The notes: generated by a model not told the origin, from the letters alone. A stretch of 64,000 nt of DNA from an uncultured Verrucomicrobiae bacterium (GCA_963836755.1 CAWIKF010000002.1:1728001-1792000), one strand, 5' to 3'; positions 18,425 through 30,619 are shown, numbered from the stretch's first letter. Translations and numbers: made by a program.

Positions 18425-19455
18425 TGGAAAGCGCCAAGTCCCCAGATCAATTCGCGGCAGTCGATGGAAATGACGCGCCGTTTCGGGAAAGCGGTTTGCA
18501 GAACGGAAGCGGCGCATGCGTCGGACGTATCGCCGAAAACGGGCAGCAGAACAACTTTGTTTCCGATGTAAAAATTCGCGTAGCTCGCCGGCAGCCGCTG
18601 TCCGTCGCGCACGATCTTTTCAGGCATTGGCAGCGTGAGCACTTCCAGCGGCGCGCCATCGGCCGTGGTCATTTCGCGCAGCCGCGCGAGGTTTTCGCGC
18701 AATGGCTCGTAGTTCGCATCGTCCGAGTTTTCTTCGACTGCCGTCACAACTTTGTTCGGCGCGACGAAGCGCGTGAGATCGTCGATGTGACCATCGGTGT
18801 CATCACCCTCGATGCCGTCGCCGAGCCAAAGGATCTTTTGCACGCCGAGAAAATCGCAGAGCATCTTTTTGATCTCTTCCTGCGTCAAAGTTGGGTTGCG
18901 ATTGGGATTCAACAGACATGAACGCGTCGTTAACAAAGTGCCGCAGCCGTTGACCTCGATCGAACCACCTTCCAAAATCATCTCCGACCGGAAAAGCGGC
19001 AGCCCAAGCCGCTTCGCGATCTCCGTCGGCACTTTGTCGTCGTCATTGAATGGCGGATATTTGCCGCCCCACGCATTGTAACCCCAGTCGATGATGGCCA
19101 CTCGCGGCCCGGCTTCGCGCGTCAAAAAAATCGGCCCGTGATCGCGGCACCATGGCTCATTCGTCGCGATGTGAAAAAATTCCACGTGCGCGATGCGTGC
19201 GGAGTTTTTTTCCAACTGCGCGCGCACCAATGCTTCTTCATCTGCGTCGCGAACATTGATGCAAACGCGCTCCGAATCGGCGAGCGCATCGACCATCTTC
19301 GCGAGCACCGGCGTCACGGCATCATAGGAATCCGGAAAAGAAATTCCGGAGCGGCGCGGCCAGGAAAGCCATGTCGCAGCGTGCGGCTCCCATTCGGCAG
19401 GCATGCGATAGCCAAGCTCCGCGGGCGTTGGCATCGTTCTTTCCGCGTCCGGCAT
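18391..19455 (-). CDS. aguA: Agmatine deiminase
   Basis: RMPAEWEPH, WCRDHGP, EGGSI, DDTDGHID, ASYANF, GAFHCLTQQQP. Confidence 0.95.
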   Translation of the reverse strand: MPDAERTMPTPAELGYRMPAEWEPHAATWLSWPRRSGISFPDSYDAVTPVLAKMVDALADSERVCINVRDADEEALVRAQLEKNSARIAHVEFFHIATNEPWCRDHGPIFLTREAGPRVAIIDWGYNAWGGKYPPFNDDDKVPTEIAKRLGLPLFRSEMILEGGSIEVNGCGTLLTTRSCLLNPNRNPTLTQEEIKKMLCDFLGVQKILWLGDGIEGDDTDGHIDDLTRFVAPNKVVTAVEENSDDANYEPLRENLARLREMTTADGAPLEVLTLPMPEKIVRDGQRLPASYANFYIGNKVVLLPVFGDTSDACAASVLQTAFPKRRVISIDCRELIWGLGAFHCLTQQQPSVA

Positions 19456-19461
19456 TTGCTC

Positions 19462-20349
19462 TTAATCGATGAAACGCTTGCCGAGATCTGCGTAGGCATC
19501 GATGCGCCTGTCGCGGAAAAATGGCCAATGCGTGCGCTGCATGTCGAGCTGCGCGAGATCGATTTCGGCGAGCACGATTTCCTCGGTCGCGACGCCCGCT
19601 TTTGCCAGCACCTCTCCGCTCGGCGCAACAATGAAACTTTGACCCCAGAACTCGATGCCCGGGCCGCCATTCGGAGCTTCGTGGCCAATGCGATTCGGCA
19701 CGGCGACGTAACAGCCGTTCGCGATCGCGTGACTGCGCTGGATCGTTTCCCACGCGTCGTGCTGCTGACGGCCGAATTGCTCCTTCTCGCCCGGATGCCA
19801 GCCGATCGCCGTCGGGTAAAATAAAATCTCCGCGCCGTTCAGCGCCGTGAGCCGCGCGGCCTCGGGATACCATTGATCCCAGCAAACACAGACGCCGATG
19901 CGCGCGTGCTTCGTCTCCCACGCGCGAAAGCCGAGATCGCCGGGCGTAAAGTAAAACTTTTCGTAGTAAAGCGGGTCGTCAGGAATGTGCATCTTGCGAT
20001 ATTTCCCTAGGAATTCGCCGCCGGCGTCGATGATCGCCGCGGTGTTGTGATAAAGGCCGGCACCGCGTTTTTCAAAAAGCGACGCGACGATGACGATGTT
20101 TAACTCGCGTGCAACTTCCGTCAGCACCTGCGTGGACGGGCCGGGGATTTCCTCCGCGAGCTGGAAATAATCGTGATCCTCGACCTGACAGAAATATTGC
20201 GAGCGAAAAAGTTCCGGCAGACAGACAATCTGCGCGCCGCGCGCGGCGGCGTCGCGAACATGCGCGATCGCGCGCGCGAGATTTTCCGCGGGCTCGGCGG
20301 TGCAATGCATTTGCACGAGACCCAGCGTAATTTTTTGGCTGCTGCGCAT
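19462..20349 (-). CDS. aguB: N-carbamoylputrescine amidase (carbon-nitrogen hydrolase)
   Basis: LPELF, YRKMHIPDDP, EKFYFTPGD, CWDQWYPE; adjacent to aguA. Confidence 0.9.
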   Translation of the reverse strand: MRSSQKITLGLVQMHCTAEPAENLARAIAHVRDAAARGAQIVCLPELFRSQYFCQVEDHDYFQLAEEIPGPSTQVLTEVARELNIVIVASLFEKRGAGLYHNTAAIIDAGGEFLGKYRKMHIPDDPLYYEKFYFTPGDLGFRAWETKHARIGVCVCWDQWYPEAARLTALNGAEILFYPTAIGWHPGEKEQFGRQQHDAWETIQRSHAIANGCYVAVPNRIGHEAPNGGPGIEFWGQSFIVAPSGEVLAKAGVATEEIVLAEIDLAQLDMQRTHWPFFRDRRIDAYADLGKRFID

Positions 20350-20436
20350 GACGTGAAAATTCTACGCGCCGCGCGTGACGAACAGCAAAAAACTTTTTGT
20401 AAAAGCTGCGCCGAAAATTTTGGAATTTCGTCCGCT

Positions 20437-21030
20437 TTATTTCAGCGAATCGGCAGGAACGATCTTGATGCTTTCGACTCCGATGCGCTTGGTCGGCTTA
20501 CTTTTTTCGCCGCCGCTGCCATCCGTCGTCGGCGTGTCGCCGATTTTTCCGAGCACGTCGTCGCCTTTGATCACTTTGCCGAACGCGGTGTATTTGCGAT
20601 CGAGAAAACTCGCGTCGCCGAGGCAGATGAAAAACTGGCTGCCGGCTGAGTCGGGATCGTTGCTGCGCGCCATCGATAGAACGCCGCGCTGGTGCGATTT
20701 GTCGTTGAATTCCGCCTTGATTTTGTAGCCCGGATCGCCGGTGCCCCAGCGCGATTCCTTGCTCGGATCCTTCGTCAGCGGGTCGCCGCCCTGGATCATG
20801 AAACCTTTCACGATGCGATGAAACGCCGTGGCGTCGTAGAAGCCTTCGCGCGCGAGTTTCTTAAAATTTTCCACAGTCTTCGGCGCGACGTCCGGCCAGA
20901 ATTCGACGACCATTTCGCCCTCGGTGGTTTTGATGACAGCTACTTCGTTTGACATAGGTTTTTGATCCTGACTTTGCACCGTCATCAACAGCACGGACAA
21001 CAGCGTCACGCAGGACAACAGTAATTTCAT
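20437..21030 (-). CDS. Cyclophilin-type peptidyl-prolyl isomerase, secreted
   Basis: APKTVENF, FHRIVKGFMIQGGDP, SMAR, SAGSQFFI. Confidence 0.95.
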   Translation of the reverse strand: MKLLLSCVTLLSVLLMTVQSQDQKPMSNEVAVIKTTEGEMVVEFWPDVAPKTVENFKKLAREGFYDATAFHRIVKGFMIQGGDPLTKDPSKESRWGTGDPGYKIKAEFNDKSHQRGVLSMARSNDPDSAGSQFFICLGDASFLDRKYTAFGKVIKGDDVLGKIGDTPTTDGSGGEKSKPTKRIGVESIKIVPADSLK

Positions 21031-21122
21031 AGGCGCGCAAACTTCCATGAAACCGCGCGGCTGTCACGCGCAGTTTTGCTGCTCGCGCAAAAGTCCGCGG
21101 CGGCGCATGCTTGCGGCTCCGC

Positions 21123-21647
21123 ATGAAAAACAAACACCGATTTTTTTTGATGACCGCCATGAGCCTGCTCGCATTTTTTGGATTCACTTCCGGCCACGCA
21201 GTTGAGATCGGCGATCCCGCGCCGGCGATCACCGCGATCGACCAGGATGGGAAGCCGCTCGACTTTTCCGCCATATATAAAAGCGGCATCACACTGGTTT
21301 ATTTTTACCCAAAGGCGGACACGCCCGGATGCACGGCCGAGGCGTGCAGCCTGCGCGACAATTATGACGATCTCCGCGCGAAAGGCCTGCAGATCATCGG
21401 CGTGAGCGAGGACAAAACTGGCGCGCAAAAAAAGTTCCAGGAAAAATACAAACTCCCGTTTCCGCTCGTCGCCGATAGCGATGGCGCGGTCGCCAAAGCC
21501 TTTGGCGTGCCGACGCTGAAAGGCTTCGCGCGCCGCCAGTCGTTTCTGATCAAAGACGGAAAAATTGCATGGCGCGATCTCAGCGCCTCCACGGCGAAGC
21601 AGGCGGACGACGTTCGCGCGGCGATGGAAAAACTTTCCGCGCAATAG
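21123..21647 (+). CDS. bcp: Peroxiredoxin, BCP/PrxQ family
   Basis: YFYPKADTPGCTAEAC. Confidence 0.9.
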   Translation: MKNKHRFFLMTAMSLLAFFGFTSGHAVEIGDPAPAITAIDQDGKPLDFSAIYKSGITLVYFYPKADTPGCTAEACSLRDNYDDLRAKGLQIIGVSEDKTGAQKKFQEKYKLPFPLVADSDGAVAKAFGVPTLKGFARRQSFLIKDGKIAWRDLSASTAKQADDVRAAMEKLSAQ

Positions 21648-21761
21648 AAGGGCGCGCCATTTTTCGCAGCTTTGCGAAACAAGGCTGACTAATAACGCTC
21701 GTCGTAAATCCGCGCACGGGGCGCAATTTTCGGCGCGATGCGATTTTGATTGAGACGCGTC

Positions 21762-22946
21762 ATGATCGAGCTGCTTGTTTTTGCCGTCGCGCTTTTCGTT
21801 GCCGTGCTCATTTCCGAGCTGGCCGACCGCAGCGTGCTCTCGACCGCTGTGCTTTTTCTCGTCGCCGGATTTGTCGCGGGGCATGGCCTGCTGAATCTGA
21901 TTCCGCTGAATCCGGAGGACGCGATTGTGCAACAAATCTCGCAGCTCGCGCTCTTCAGCGTGTTATTTACCGATGGCATGCGCGTGAGTTTGCACGACTT
22001 GATCTCGGCGTGGAAATTGCCGGGACGCGCGCTGATTTTCGGACTGCCGCTCACCGCGCTCGGCACTGCGTTGCTCATGCATTATCTCGCGGGGCTCGCG
22101 TGGCTGGAGGCGTTGCTCATCGGCGCGATTCTCAGCCCGACGGATCCGGTTTTTGCGGCGGCAATCATCGGGCGCAAAGAAATTCCGTATCGGCTGCGGC
22201 ATCTGCTCAATGTCGAGAGCGGCGTGAATGACGGCCTCGCGCTGCCGCTCGTGATCGTGCTCATCGCGCTGCTGACGGGCCGCGCGCCGGAGCTGCCGCT
22301 GATGGCCGGCGAACTCGCCGCCGGCGTGGCGCTCGGCATTGCATTGCCGTTGGTAGCGTGCCAGATCGAGCAGAGCCGGTATTTTAGAATCGCGAAAACG
22401 CACGAGCCGCTTTTTGCAGTCGCGGTCGGGTTGCTCGTGCTCACGATTGCCTCGCTCACGCATGTGAATCTTTTTCTCGCCGCGTTCTCTGCCGGCATCA
22501 CGCTGGCGACCCTCCGGCCCGCGCTACGGGATGAATTCCGGCACTTCGGCGAGCTCGTCACCGAGTTGCTGAAGCTCGCGGCGCTGCTGCTTTTCGGCGC
22601 GCTGATGTCGCCGAAATTTCTCAGCGAAGTGCCCTTGAGCGGCTACGTCGCGGCGGTGCTTATTTTGTTGCTCGTGCGGCCGGCGGCGATTGAAATTTCA
22701 CTCATCGGCAGTGGCCTCACATGGCAGGAGCGGCTCACCGCCGGCTGGTTCGGGCCGAAAGGTTTTGCGTCGGCGATTTATGGGCTGCTGCTCTTCACTT
22801 TTCACGTGCCAAATGGCGAGCCGCTTTTTCATCTCGTCGCAATTGTCATCGCGGCTTCGATCCTCGCGCATTCGTCTAGCGACGTGCCGCTCGCGCGCTG
22901 GTTTCACCGATGCGAGGAAAAGGACGCCGCAAAAAATCGCGCTTAA
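21762..22946 (+). CDS. CPA1 (NhaP-like) cation:proton antiporter
   Basis: LFTDG, LSPTDPV, ESGVNDG, WFGPKG. Confidence 0.92.
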   Translation: MIELLVFAVALFVAVLISELADRSVLSTAVLFLVAGFVAGHGLLNLIPLNPEDAIVQQISQLALFSVLFTDGMRVSLHDLISAWKLPGRALIFGLPLTALGTALLMHYLAGLAWLEALLIGAILSPTDPVFAAAIIGRKEIPYRLRHLLNVESGVNDGLALPLVIVLIALLTGRAPELPLMAGELAAGVALGIALPLVACQIEQSRYFRIAKTHEPLFAVAVGLLVLTIASLTHVNLFLAAFSAGITLATLRPALRDEFRHFGELVTELLKLAALLLFGALMSPKFLSEVPLSGYVAAVLILLLVRPAAIEISLIGSGLTWQERLTAGWFGPKGFASAIYGLLLFTFHVPNGEPLFHLVAIVIAASILAHSSSDVPLARWFHRCEEKDAAKNRA

Positions 22947-24281
22947 TTTTTCGCGCCGCGGCTCATGGAAAGCGCGGCAACTTTTTCGCCCGCGCCAAGC
23001 GCAGTGCGCAGCGCGTCGAGTTCGCGATTGAACCGCGCGCGATCGTAAGGCGCGGGGATGGAAACATCCGCCAGCTCCGTAATGACGCGCGCGTGCTCGA
23101 GCAGCACCAGCTTGCGCCGCGCGTCATCGGTGGCCTGCGCGACTCGCGTGAGCAGGCCGATCATGCGCAGAAAAATCGTCACGTTGTTCGCAGCGCAGAG
23201 CCGGATTTCATCGAGCGCTCTCGCGACAAACTCCGCAAACGACGGCGCCGGCGCGATGATGCGCAGATGGCCGTTGTCTTTGCGATATGGCGATGCGATG
23301 CGCCGCTGCGCGAGCCGCACAAGAATCGCGCTGAGATAATCGAGGCACGAAACCGCAGTCGTCGTGTCATTCACGCCCGGCGAAAGCGCTTTTAACGCAA
23401 TGTCAACAATCTGCCGGATCCCAAAACCCGCGTCCTGATCGACTGTGCGAAAATTTCCGATGGCAAAAAGTGCGCCGAGATCTTTCGCAGCCTCGTCATC
23501 AACTTCGCGCGTGCTGGAAAAAATCGGCCGGCCTTCCATGACGAAATCGCCGACTTCGCAATCGAGCCGCAACACAGTTTTCTCCCGCTCGGCAAAACTC
23601 CAGAGCGCCTCGGAATCGATAGATTGAAGATACCCAGTTTCCGCCGCCGCGATTGGATGCCACGTTTGTTTTTCCACCGTTTCCGCCGCCGCGGATTCGT
23701 CTCCCACGGGCGCGCCGAGATCCTGCGGAAAAAGATTTTCAATCGCCGTGAAAGTCTCCGCAGTAATCGCGTCGAGAATGGACGAAGCCTGGATGGAAGC
23801 CGCGGTGTGATGGATGAAAAAAATCAAAAATCCGATGCCAATCAACGCGAGCAGGACGGCAAAAAATACCGCAGATCAACGGCACGAACCCGGCGCCGCC
23901 ACCGCCAATCGTCCGCAGCACGATCAGGCAATACGTGTAGATACCGACGAAGACGCCGAGCACTGATTGATTCGCGCGATCGCGCATGAAATTGCGCAGA
24001 ATGCGCGGCGTGTATTGCGTCGAGGCGAGCGAGAGCGTGACGATGGTGACGGAGAATGCGACACCAGCGACTGTGATCATCGAGCTCGCGATGGCCGTGA
24101 GCATGCCGCGCGCGCCGTCCGCGCCGGCATTGAGAAACGGCATCCAGCCGAGCGGTTTGATTTGGCCGACAAAAATGACGTCCAGTTTCACGAAACCGAG
24201 CGCGCAGCAGATCGCCGTGAGCACAAGAGCGGACGGCAAAAACCAAAGACTGGAGCGGATTTCGATCCAAAATTTTCGCAT
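22943..24281 (-). CDS. DUF2254 membrane protein, +1 frameshift near 23873
   Basis: SLWFLP, LASTQYTPRILRNF, RQIVDIALKALSPGVND; deleting one T restores PLIAVFFAVLLALIGIG; 1339 nt = 3n+1. Confidence 0.85.
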
Positions 24282-24639
24282 GGAGATTTTCCAAAGTGCC
24301 CGACGAATTTTGAAAATGCCAGCCCTCAGCCTGTCGCCGCGGTAGTAAACGATTATTAAAAATCGAAGATGTCCGCGCTTTTCTTCGGCGGCGTTACATC
24401 GGCCGGTTGTTGAGCAACCGGCACGTGGGGCACACGCTGTAGATCGGCTTCCCATGGGACCCGCGCCGCGAAGGCACGAAGCGAAATGTCCGCAGACAAA
24501 ACGCGCAGACGATGGGTGAACCGTTGGGGATTATTGGCCCGTATTTTTCTATCCGTCGCATCGGTTAATCAGACGGAGAAAGCGCGGGCTTTGTTCAAAA
24601 GTAGCTCGTGCCGCATGAAAAAATCGCGTCATGAATTCG

Positions 24640-25521
24640 TCAGGCAGCGGGACTTTTTTCAATGAGTTCCGCGGCAAGATTGATCGCGGCAATCATGCTT
24701 TCGGGCTGCGCCAGACCGCGTCCGGCAATTTCAAAAGCGGTGCCGTGGTCTGGACTCGTGCGGATGAAAGGAAGGCCGAGCGTGACGTTCACGCCGGTTT
24801 CAAAAGCGTGCAATTTCAGAGGGATCAAACCTTGATCGTGATACATGCAAAGCACGCCGTCCCATTCGCCTAGCACCGCGCGGCGGAAAAGCGTGTCGGG
24901 AGAAATCGGGCCGTCGAAATGCGCATCGCTTCGCTGTTTCAGCAGTGCGACTGCGGGCGCGATGATGTCGATTTCTTCGCTGCCGAGCGCTCCGGATTCG
25001 CCCGCATGCGGATTCAATCCGGCAACGGCGATGCGCGGCTTTTCGGGATTTCGCGTGCGCAAAAAATCAGCGAGTAAAAGTCCCACGCGAACAATTTCCG
25101 CTGCGGAAAGCATCTCCGGAACCAGCCGCAGCGGCACGTGCGCAGTGACGAGCGCGACCGTCATTGCGCCGCCCGTGAGCAGCATGGCAAAATTTTTGAC
25201 GCCACATCGCGTGGCGAAAAATTCGGTTTGGCCGGGAAACGCGAAGCCGGCCTGCTGCATGCGCGCCTTGTGGATCGGGCCGGTCACAACGCCGTCAATC
25301 TCTCCGGCGAGAGCGAGTCGCGCGGCCTCTTCCAATGCACGGTGCGCGGCTTGCGCCGTAGCGATCGTCGGCTCGCCTGGCTGGCAGGAAACCGTCTCGC
25401 CGATGAATCGATATTGAAAATCGGGCGAGATTTTTCCGGAGTCCATCGCAGCCCGTGCGATCTCCGGACCGATGCCGGCGGCATCGCCGAGCGTGATGCC
25501 GATGATGCCGGAGCGTTTCAT
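24640..25521 (-). CDS. pdxA: 4-hydroxythreonine-4-phosphate dehydrogenase
   Basis: GDAAGIGPEI, GLNPHAGE, MYHDQGLIPLK, RTSPDHGTA. Confidence 0.96.
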   Translation of the reverse strand: MKRSGIIGITLGDAAGIGPEIARAAMDSGKISPDFQYRFIGETVSCQPGEPTIATAQAAHRALEEAARLALAGEIDGVVTGPIHKARMQQAGFAFPGQTEFFATRCGVKNFAMLLTGGAMTVALVTAHVPLRLVPEMLSAAEIVRVGLLLADFLRTRNPEKPRIAVAGLNPHAGESGALGSEEIDIIAPAVALLKQRSDAHFDGPISPDTLFRRAVLGEWDGVLCMYHDQGLIPLKLHAFETGVNVTLGLPFIRTSPDHGTAFEIAGRGLAQPESMIAAINLAAELIEKSPAA

Positions 25522-25555
25522 ATCAAAGCCGAAGCGCCGCCGTCGCCGCGGCCGC

Positions 25556-26515
25556 TTAGAACATTTTGATATAAGCTTTCTGCCGCAGGCTCGCGATCCA
25601 CTTTTCCATTCGATTTTGCCGCTCGATTTGAAGGAGTTTATTTTCGATGTCGTCGTGCACCTCGGCTAATGATTTTGTGACCCCGTTTTTTTTCGATTCC
25701 ACGTAAAGGATGTAATAATTCCCGCCGAGCTCGACGACTTGGCTGACTTGACCGGGCTTCAGGCTGAAAGCAATCTTGCTCAGCGTCTCGTTCAAAGTTT
25801 TCCGATCGATCCAGCCCCAGTCGCCGCCGGCGTCCTTCGTCCCGTCCTCGGAATACATCTGCGCGAGATTTTCAAATGAGCCACCGGCCACGGCTTTCTG
25901 ACGGATTTCCTTCGCCATCTGCAAACCGTTTTCGCCATTTTTTTTCACGACGATCATGCGCAGTTTCACCTGATCGGGCGTCGAATATTCGACGACGTTT
26001 TTTCGGTAAAAATCCTCGATTTGCTGCGGCGGAATCATGATGTCGCTTTTGATCTGCTTCGAGCGCATGGCCTGCACGATGATCTTGTCCGTCTCGATCT
26101 GCTTGAACCGCTCCAGCGTGTATCCCTGCGCCTCGAGCGTGCGGACAAACGCGTTGCGGTCGCCGCCGAACTGCTCGCGAATGAGCGATTGGATGTGATC
26201 GTCGATCACGTAATCGGGAATCGAAAATTTGTTCTTTTTGAATTCCTGGATGATGAGCTGTTGGTCGACAAGTTCTTTCACCGCCGCGAGCCGCAGCTGC
26301 TTGATTTTTTCCACCAGCTCCTGGCCTTTGAATTGATCGTGCAATGCTTTTTCACGCGAGCCGACCATGTCGCGGATCTGGGAAAAAGTGATGACGTCAC
26401 CGTTGACGACCGCGGCGATTCCGTCGAGCACTTCCTCCTCAGCGCCCGCGCCCCGCGGAATGGCGCAGAGGGTGGAAATTGAAAGCAAACAGCAAATAAG
26501 AACGGAGCGAACCAT
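25556..26515 (-). CDS. surA: SurA-like chaperone/parvulin PPIase
   Basis: IAAVVNGDVIT, FENLAQMYSED, GGDWGW; upstream of pdxA. Confidence 0.85.
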   Translation of the reverse strand: MVRSVLICCLLSISTLCAIPRGAGAEEEVLDGIAAVVNGDVITFSQIRDMVGSREKALHDQFKGQELVEKIKQLRLAAVKELVDQQLIIQEFKKNKFSIPDYVIDDHIQSLIREQFGGDRNAFVRTLEAQGYTLERFKQIETDKIIVQAMRSKQIKSDIMIPPQQIEDFYRKNVVEYSTPDQVKLRMIVVKKNGENGLQMAKEIRQKAVAGGSFENLAQMYSEDGTKDAGGDWGWIDRKTLNETLSKIAFSLKPGQVSQVVELGGNYYILYVESKKNGVTKSLAEVHDDIENKLLQIERQNRMEKWIASLRQKAYIKMF

Positions 26516-26610
26516 GGGTGGTCGGAGCAAAGAGGCGCAAATGTATGGAAGTCGATTTTGAAGTCAAGCGGCGATGCCGCGAGGAATTGGTGGTGCGGGC
26601 GTCGAAAAGT

Positions 26611-29600
26611 TTAGATCGAACGCACGAGCGCCAGCGTCTCCTGCAAACGTCCCACGGCATCGGGCGCGGTGAGCCGCGGAAACTTTCCCCCGATCAAAAT
26701 AAAGTCGCCGCCGCGCGTCAGCATCAACTTTGTCTCGCGCACTTCGACGCGCGAAATCCTCCGCGAAGCCGCCGCGAGCTTGATGGCGCTCAACGTGACC
26801 AAATTTTCTGCAGCCGCCGGCAGCAAACCGAAACGGTCGCGCCACGTCTTGCGCAGAGCGTCGAGTTGTTCCTGAGACGCGACCTCGGCGAGCTGGCGAT
26901 AAGCCTGGATGCGGATCTGCGGCTCCTGGATGAAATTTGTTGGCAAAAACGCCGGCGCTTCCAGCGATTCTTCATGACGACTTTTTGCCGCGAAAAAGTC
27001 CGCTTCATTCGTTGCCGCGCAATCGATCCGAAGGACGACTTCGACGCGTGGACGAACTTTTTCGCCTTTCAACTTGGCGACCGCTTGTTTCAACAACTGA
27101 CAATAGAGGTCGAACCCAATGGCGACGATATGTCCGCTCTGCGCGGTGCCGAGAATGTTTCCCGCGCCGCGAATTTCCAGGTCTCGCATCGCAATTTTAA
27201 AACCCGCGCCGAGCGAGGAATATTGCTTGATCGCGTTGATCCGCTTCCGCGCGGCGCCCACCGTCATCAGCTCGCGCGGCAGCATGAGATAAGCGTAGGC
27301 CTTGTGCATCGCGCGGCCGACGCGCCCGCGGAGTTGATATAAATCGGCGAGCCCAAAGCGATCCGCGCGATCAATGATGATCGTGTTCGCGTTTGGAATA
27401 TCGAGGCCGCTTTCGATAATCGTCGTCGAGACGAGCACGTCGCTTTCGGCATTTACAAACCGCTGCATCACCTGCTCGAGCTCGTCTTCCTCCATTTGCC
27501 CGTGGCCGATCTCAATCCGTGCCGATGGGCATAGATCCTTGATTCGCGCGGCGATCCGCTCGATCGATTGAACGCGGTTGTGTAAAAAATAAATTTGCCC
27601 CTGCCGTGAAAGTTCACGATTGATTGCGTCGCGAATGACGCGCTCGTCGTAACCGCAAATGATCGTTTCTGTCGGGATGCGGTTGGCCGGCGGTGTCTCG
27701 ATGATCGACATGTCTTTGGCGCCCATGAGCGAGAGATAAAGTGTGCGCGGAATCGGTGTGGCGCTGAGCGTGAGCACATCCACGAGCTGAAACATTTGTT
27801 TGAAACCTTCCTTGTGCGCGACACCGAAGCGCTGCTCCTCATCGACCACGACCAAGCCGAGATGTTTAAATTCCACATCCCTCGAGATGAGGCGGTGCGT
27901 TCCGATCACGATGTCGACGCCGCCCTCGCGCAATCTCGCCAGGACTTTGCGCTGCTCCGCGGCCGTGCGGAACCTGCTCAGCATCTCGATTTGAATCGGA
28001 TAATCGGACATCCGCTCTCGAAAATTTTGGCAATGCTGTTGCGCGAGCACTGTTGTCGGAACCAAGATGGCCACTTGTTTCCCGGCCATCACCGCCTTGA
28101 ATGCCGCGCGAATCGCCACTTCCGTTTTTCCAAAGCCGACGTCGCCGCAAATCAATCGATCCATCGGACGGTCGGATTCCATGTCGGCCTTCGTCGCGGC
28201 GATGGCCGAGAGCTGGTCTGGCGTTTCCTTGAAAACAAACGATTGTTCGAATTCGTGCTGCCACTTGTTGTCAGGCGGAAAAGCGAAGCCGACGCTGGTT
28301 TCGCGTTCCGCATGCACTGCCAGCAGCCGCGCCGCGTAATCGTAAATCGCCGTCTGCGCGGAGCTTTTCGCGCGCTCCCAGCGGCTGTCGGCAAGCGAGG
28401 AGAGCTGCGGCGTTTTTTTCCCAACGCCCACGTAGCGCGAGATGAGAAATGATTGCTCAAGCGGCACGTAAAGTTTCGCCTCGTCCGCAAATTCGAGCAC
28501 AAGCACCTCCTCGCTTTTGTCGCCCGTGGTAAAAGTTTGGAGCCCAAGATATCTGCCAATCCCGTGCTCGAAATGGACCACGTAATCGTCCTCATTCAGC
28601 TCGCTGAAATCGATCTGTGTGCGGTTCGCCTGCTCGCGCGCGCGGCGCAGCGAAAGCCGTCGCGCGCGGGTCGAGCGATAACGGCCAAACAGCTCGGCGT
28701 CAGTCAGGACAGCGGCTTTCGCTGCGGGGAACGTGAAGCCGCGGGCCAGGACGCCGATTGCCAGCGTGACGTGATTCTGCTCTTCCTCGGGAATCAATTC
28801 CTGCAGCCGTTCAACCTCGCCCTCATTGTTGCAGAAAATGAAAGTGCACCAATCCTCTGAACGCCATTCGCGCAGTTGTTTAAAAAAAAGCTGCCGCTTC
28901 GTTTGATCGACGACAAAGTCGCCCGCTTCGAACTCGCCGAGACCGTGATCAAAAAATGCAGCTGAGAAATCTTCTGAAGAGTCGCTCTCCAGCGCGGTCT
29001 CGATGATTCTTACGTCCGCGGCGTCATCGTTTTCTCCGAGGGCGACCAGCAAATCCTGCGCGAGCCGATAATCGCGCAGCGAACCTTCTGAACCGGTTGT
29101 CTGCGCGAGCAAAAAAGTGCACCCATCGAGCTGCGAGATCGACGTCTGCGCATCGAGGTCGAATTGGCGTAGCGATTCGATTTCATCATCGAAAAACTCG
29201 ACGCGCACGGGGCTCGAGTGTTGCCAGGAAAAAATGTCAAGAATGCCGCCACGCACGGCGAACTGACCACGTGAAGAAACCTGCGCAACCGGCTCGTAGC
29301 CTGCATCCGCGAGCTGCGCAATGAGTTTTTCTCGATCGATGCGCATCGAACGCTTCAGCTTCACCGCGAGATCTTTCAAGCCGGCAGGCGAGGGAACTTT
29401 GTCGTCAAGACTCGCACGCGTGAGCACGAGAATTTTTGACGCGCTTGAGCCATTCAACGTTTGCAAAACGTGCAGGCGCTCCGCAGAAATTTCTGGATCG
29501 GCAATCGCATTTTCACCGAGTGCGATTTCCATTTCCGGCAGGAAAAGCGCGTCAGGAAACCAGTTGAGCAACTCGTTATGCACCAGCTCCTGCTCGCGCA

Positions 29601-29817
29601 CATTTTCGCAGATCACCCACACGCGTCGCTTTGTCTTGTGTGCGATGACCGCCGCGAGAAAAGCGCGTGCCGGCGCGGTGACGTGTTCGAAAACTACTGG
29701 CCCGTTACTGCCAATTTTTACGAGTTGACGCGTAATGGGATCAGTCGTCGCGGCGCGGTCCAGCAGCTCGAACAAAGGCTTTGAACGACTCATGCAAAAT
29801 GGCGTGCGCGGAAGCAT
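26611..29817 (-). CDS. mfd: Transcription-repair coupling factor
   Basis: [54 protein letters not shown]. Confidence 0.98.
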   Translation of the reverse strand: MLPRTPFCMSRSKPLFELLDRAATTDPITRQLVKIGSNGPVVFEHVTAPARAFLAAVIAHKTKRRVWVICENVREQELVHNELLNWFPDALFLPEMEIALGENAIADPEISAERLHVLQTLNGSSASKILVLTRASLDDKVPSPAGLKDLAVKLKRSMRIDREKLIAQLADAGYEPVAQVSSRGQFAVRGGILDIFSWQHSSPVRVEFFDDEIESLRQFDLDAQTSISQLDGCTFLLAQTTGSEGSLRDYRLAQDLLVALGENDDAADVRIIETALESDSSEDFSAAFFDHGLGEFEAGDFVVDQTKRQLFFKQLREWRSEDWCTFIFCNNEGEVERLQELIPEEEQNHVTLAIGVLARGFTFPAAKAAVLTDAELFGRYRSTRARRLSLRRAREQANRTQIDFSELNEDDYVVHFEHGIGRYLGLQTFTTGDKSEEVLVLEFADEAKLYVPLEQSFLISRYVGVGKKTPQLSSLADSRWERAKSSAQTAIYDYAARLLAVHAERETSVGFAFPPDNKWQHEFEQSFVFKETPDQLSAIAATKADMESDRPMDRLICGDVGFGKTEVAIRAAFKAVMAGKQVAILVPTTVLAQQHCQNFRERMSDYPIQIEMLSRFRTAAEQRKVLARLREGGVDIVIGTHRLISRDVEFKHLGLVVVDEEQRFGVAHKEGFKQMFQLVDVLTLSATPIPRTLYLSLMGAKDMSIIETPPANRIPTETIICGYDERVIRDAINRELSRQGQIYFLHNRVQSIERIAARIKDLCPSARIEIGHGQMEEDELEQVMQRFVNAESDVLVSTTIIESGLDIPNANTIIIDRADRFGLADLYQLRGRVGRAMHKAYAYLMLPRELMTVGAARKRINAIKQYSSLGAGFKIAMRDLEIRGAGNILGTAQSGHIVAIGFDLYCQLLKQAVAKLKGEKVRPRVEVVLRIDCAATNEADFFAAKSRHEESLEAPAFLPTNFIQEPQIRIQAYRQLAEVASQEQLDALRKTWRDRFGLLPAAAENLVTLSAIKLAAASRRISRVEVRETKLMLTRGGDFILIGGKFPRLTAPDAVGRLQETLALVRSI

Positions 29818-29833
29818 TCATCGGCATGCGCGC

Positions 29834-30619
29834 TCATTTGAAGAAAGTTTCTTCGTAATCCGATCGCAACGCGAAAGCGACGCCGCCCAAATTCAGTTTC
29901 CGCTCTTCGAGAGTCGACGCGGGCATGATTCCAATCCAGCTGCTCGTCAAAAAAATCTCATGCGCTGCCTCAAGATCGTCACGAGAAATTTCGCATTCCG
30001 TGACATCGCGCTGCTGCAAGACCCATTCGCGCACGACGCCCGCGCGCGCCGCAGTTTTCAAAGATGGCGTCAAAATTCTTCCGTCACGAATGACAAATAC
30101 ATTTGCCATGCACGCTGAAATCAATTCGCCGGCCGCATTAAAAAGCAGCGTCTCATTTTTCTTCCGCTCGAGTCCCTCGCTCAATGCCGCGATGTTCGCC
30201 CAGTAATTTGCCGTTTTCAGCCCGTTAAACAAAGGCAGGTGCGGCGTTTCGAGAATTCCGAGAGCGTAACCATTTTGATAGTTTTCGGCGACGAGCGGAG
30301 GGCGCGGTTCGTGCAGAAGAAAGATCCGGCAATCGCTCGCGAAATCAACTGTGGAGCCATTTCCAGCGGTCACGTAGATGCGCGCAAACCCGTCATTTCG
30401 CAGCAGTGGCGCGCAGTTTTCCAGCGCCTCCTCATCCAGCCCGAAGCGCCGTTGCGCGCACGCAGAACGCAGTCGCGATAGGTGCTCTCGCAAAAAATGA
30501 GGCCTTCCGTTACGCACGAGAATGCTTTCAAAAATGGACATTCCGTAGCGAAATCCGCGGTCGCTGAGCGGCAGGGCATCGCACGAGGCGAACCCGTCTT
30601 TGGTCCAAGCCCAGTTCAC
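29834..30619 (-). CDS. Class IV aminotransferase (PabC/IlvE-like)
   Basis: DRGFRYGMSIFE, HLSRL, LKTANY, ANVF, GVVRE. Confidence 0.88.
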   Translation of the reverse strand: MNWAWTKDGFASCDALPLSDRGFRYGMSIFESILVRNGRPHFLREHLSRLRSACAQRRFGLDEEALENCAPLLRNDGFARIYVTAGNGSTVDFASDCRIFLLHEPRPPLVAENYQNGYALGILETPHLPLFNGLKTANYWANIAALSEGLERKKNETLLFNAAGELISACMANVFVIRDGRILTPSLKTAARAGVVREWVLQQRDVTECEISRDDLEAAHEIFLTSSWIGIMPASTLEERKLNLGGVAFALRSDYEETFFK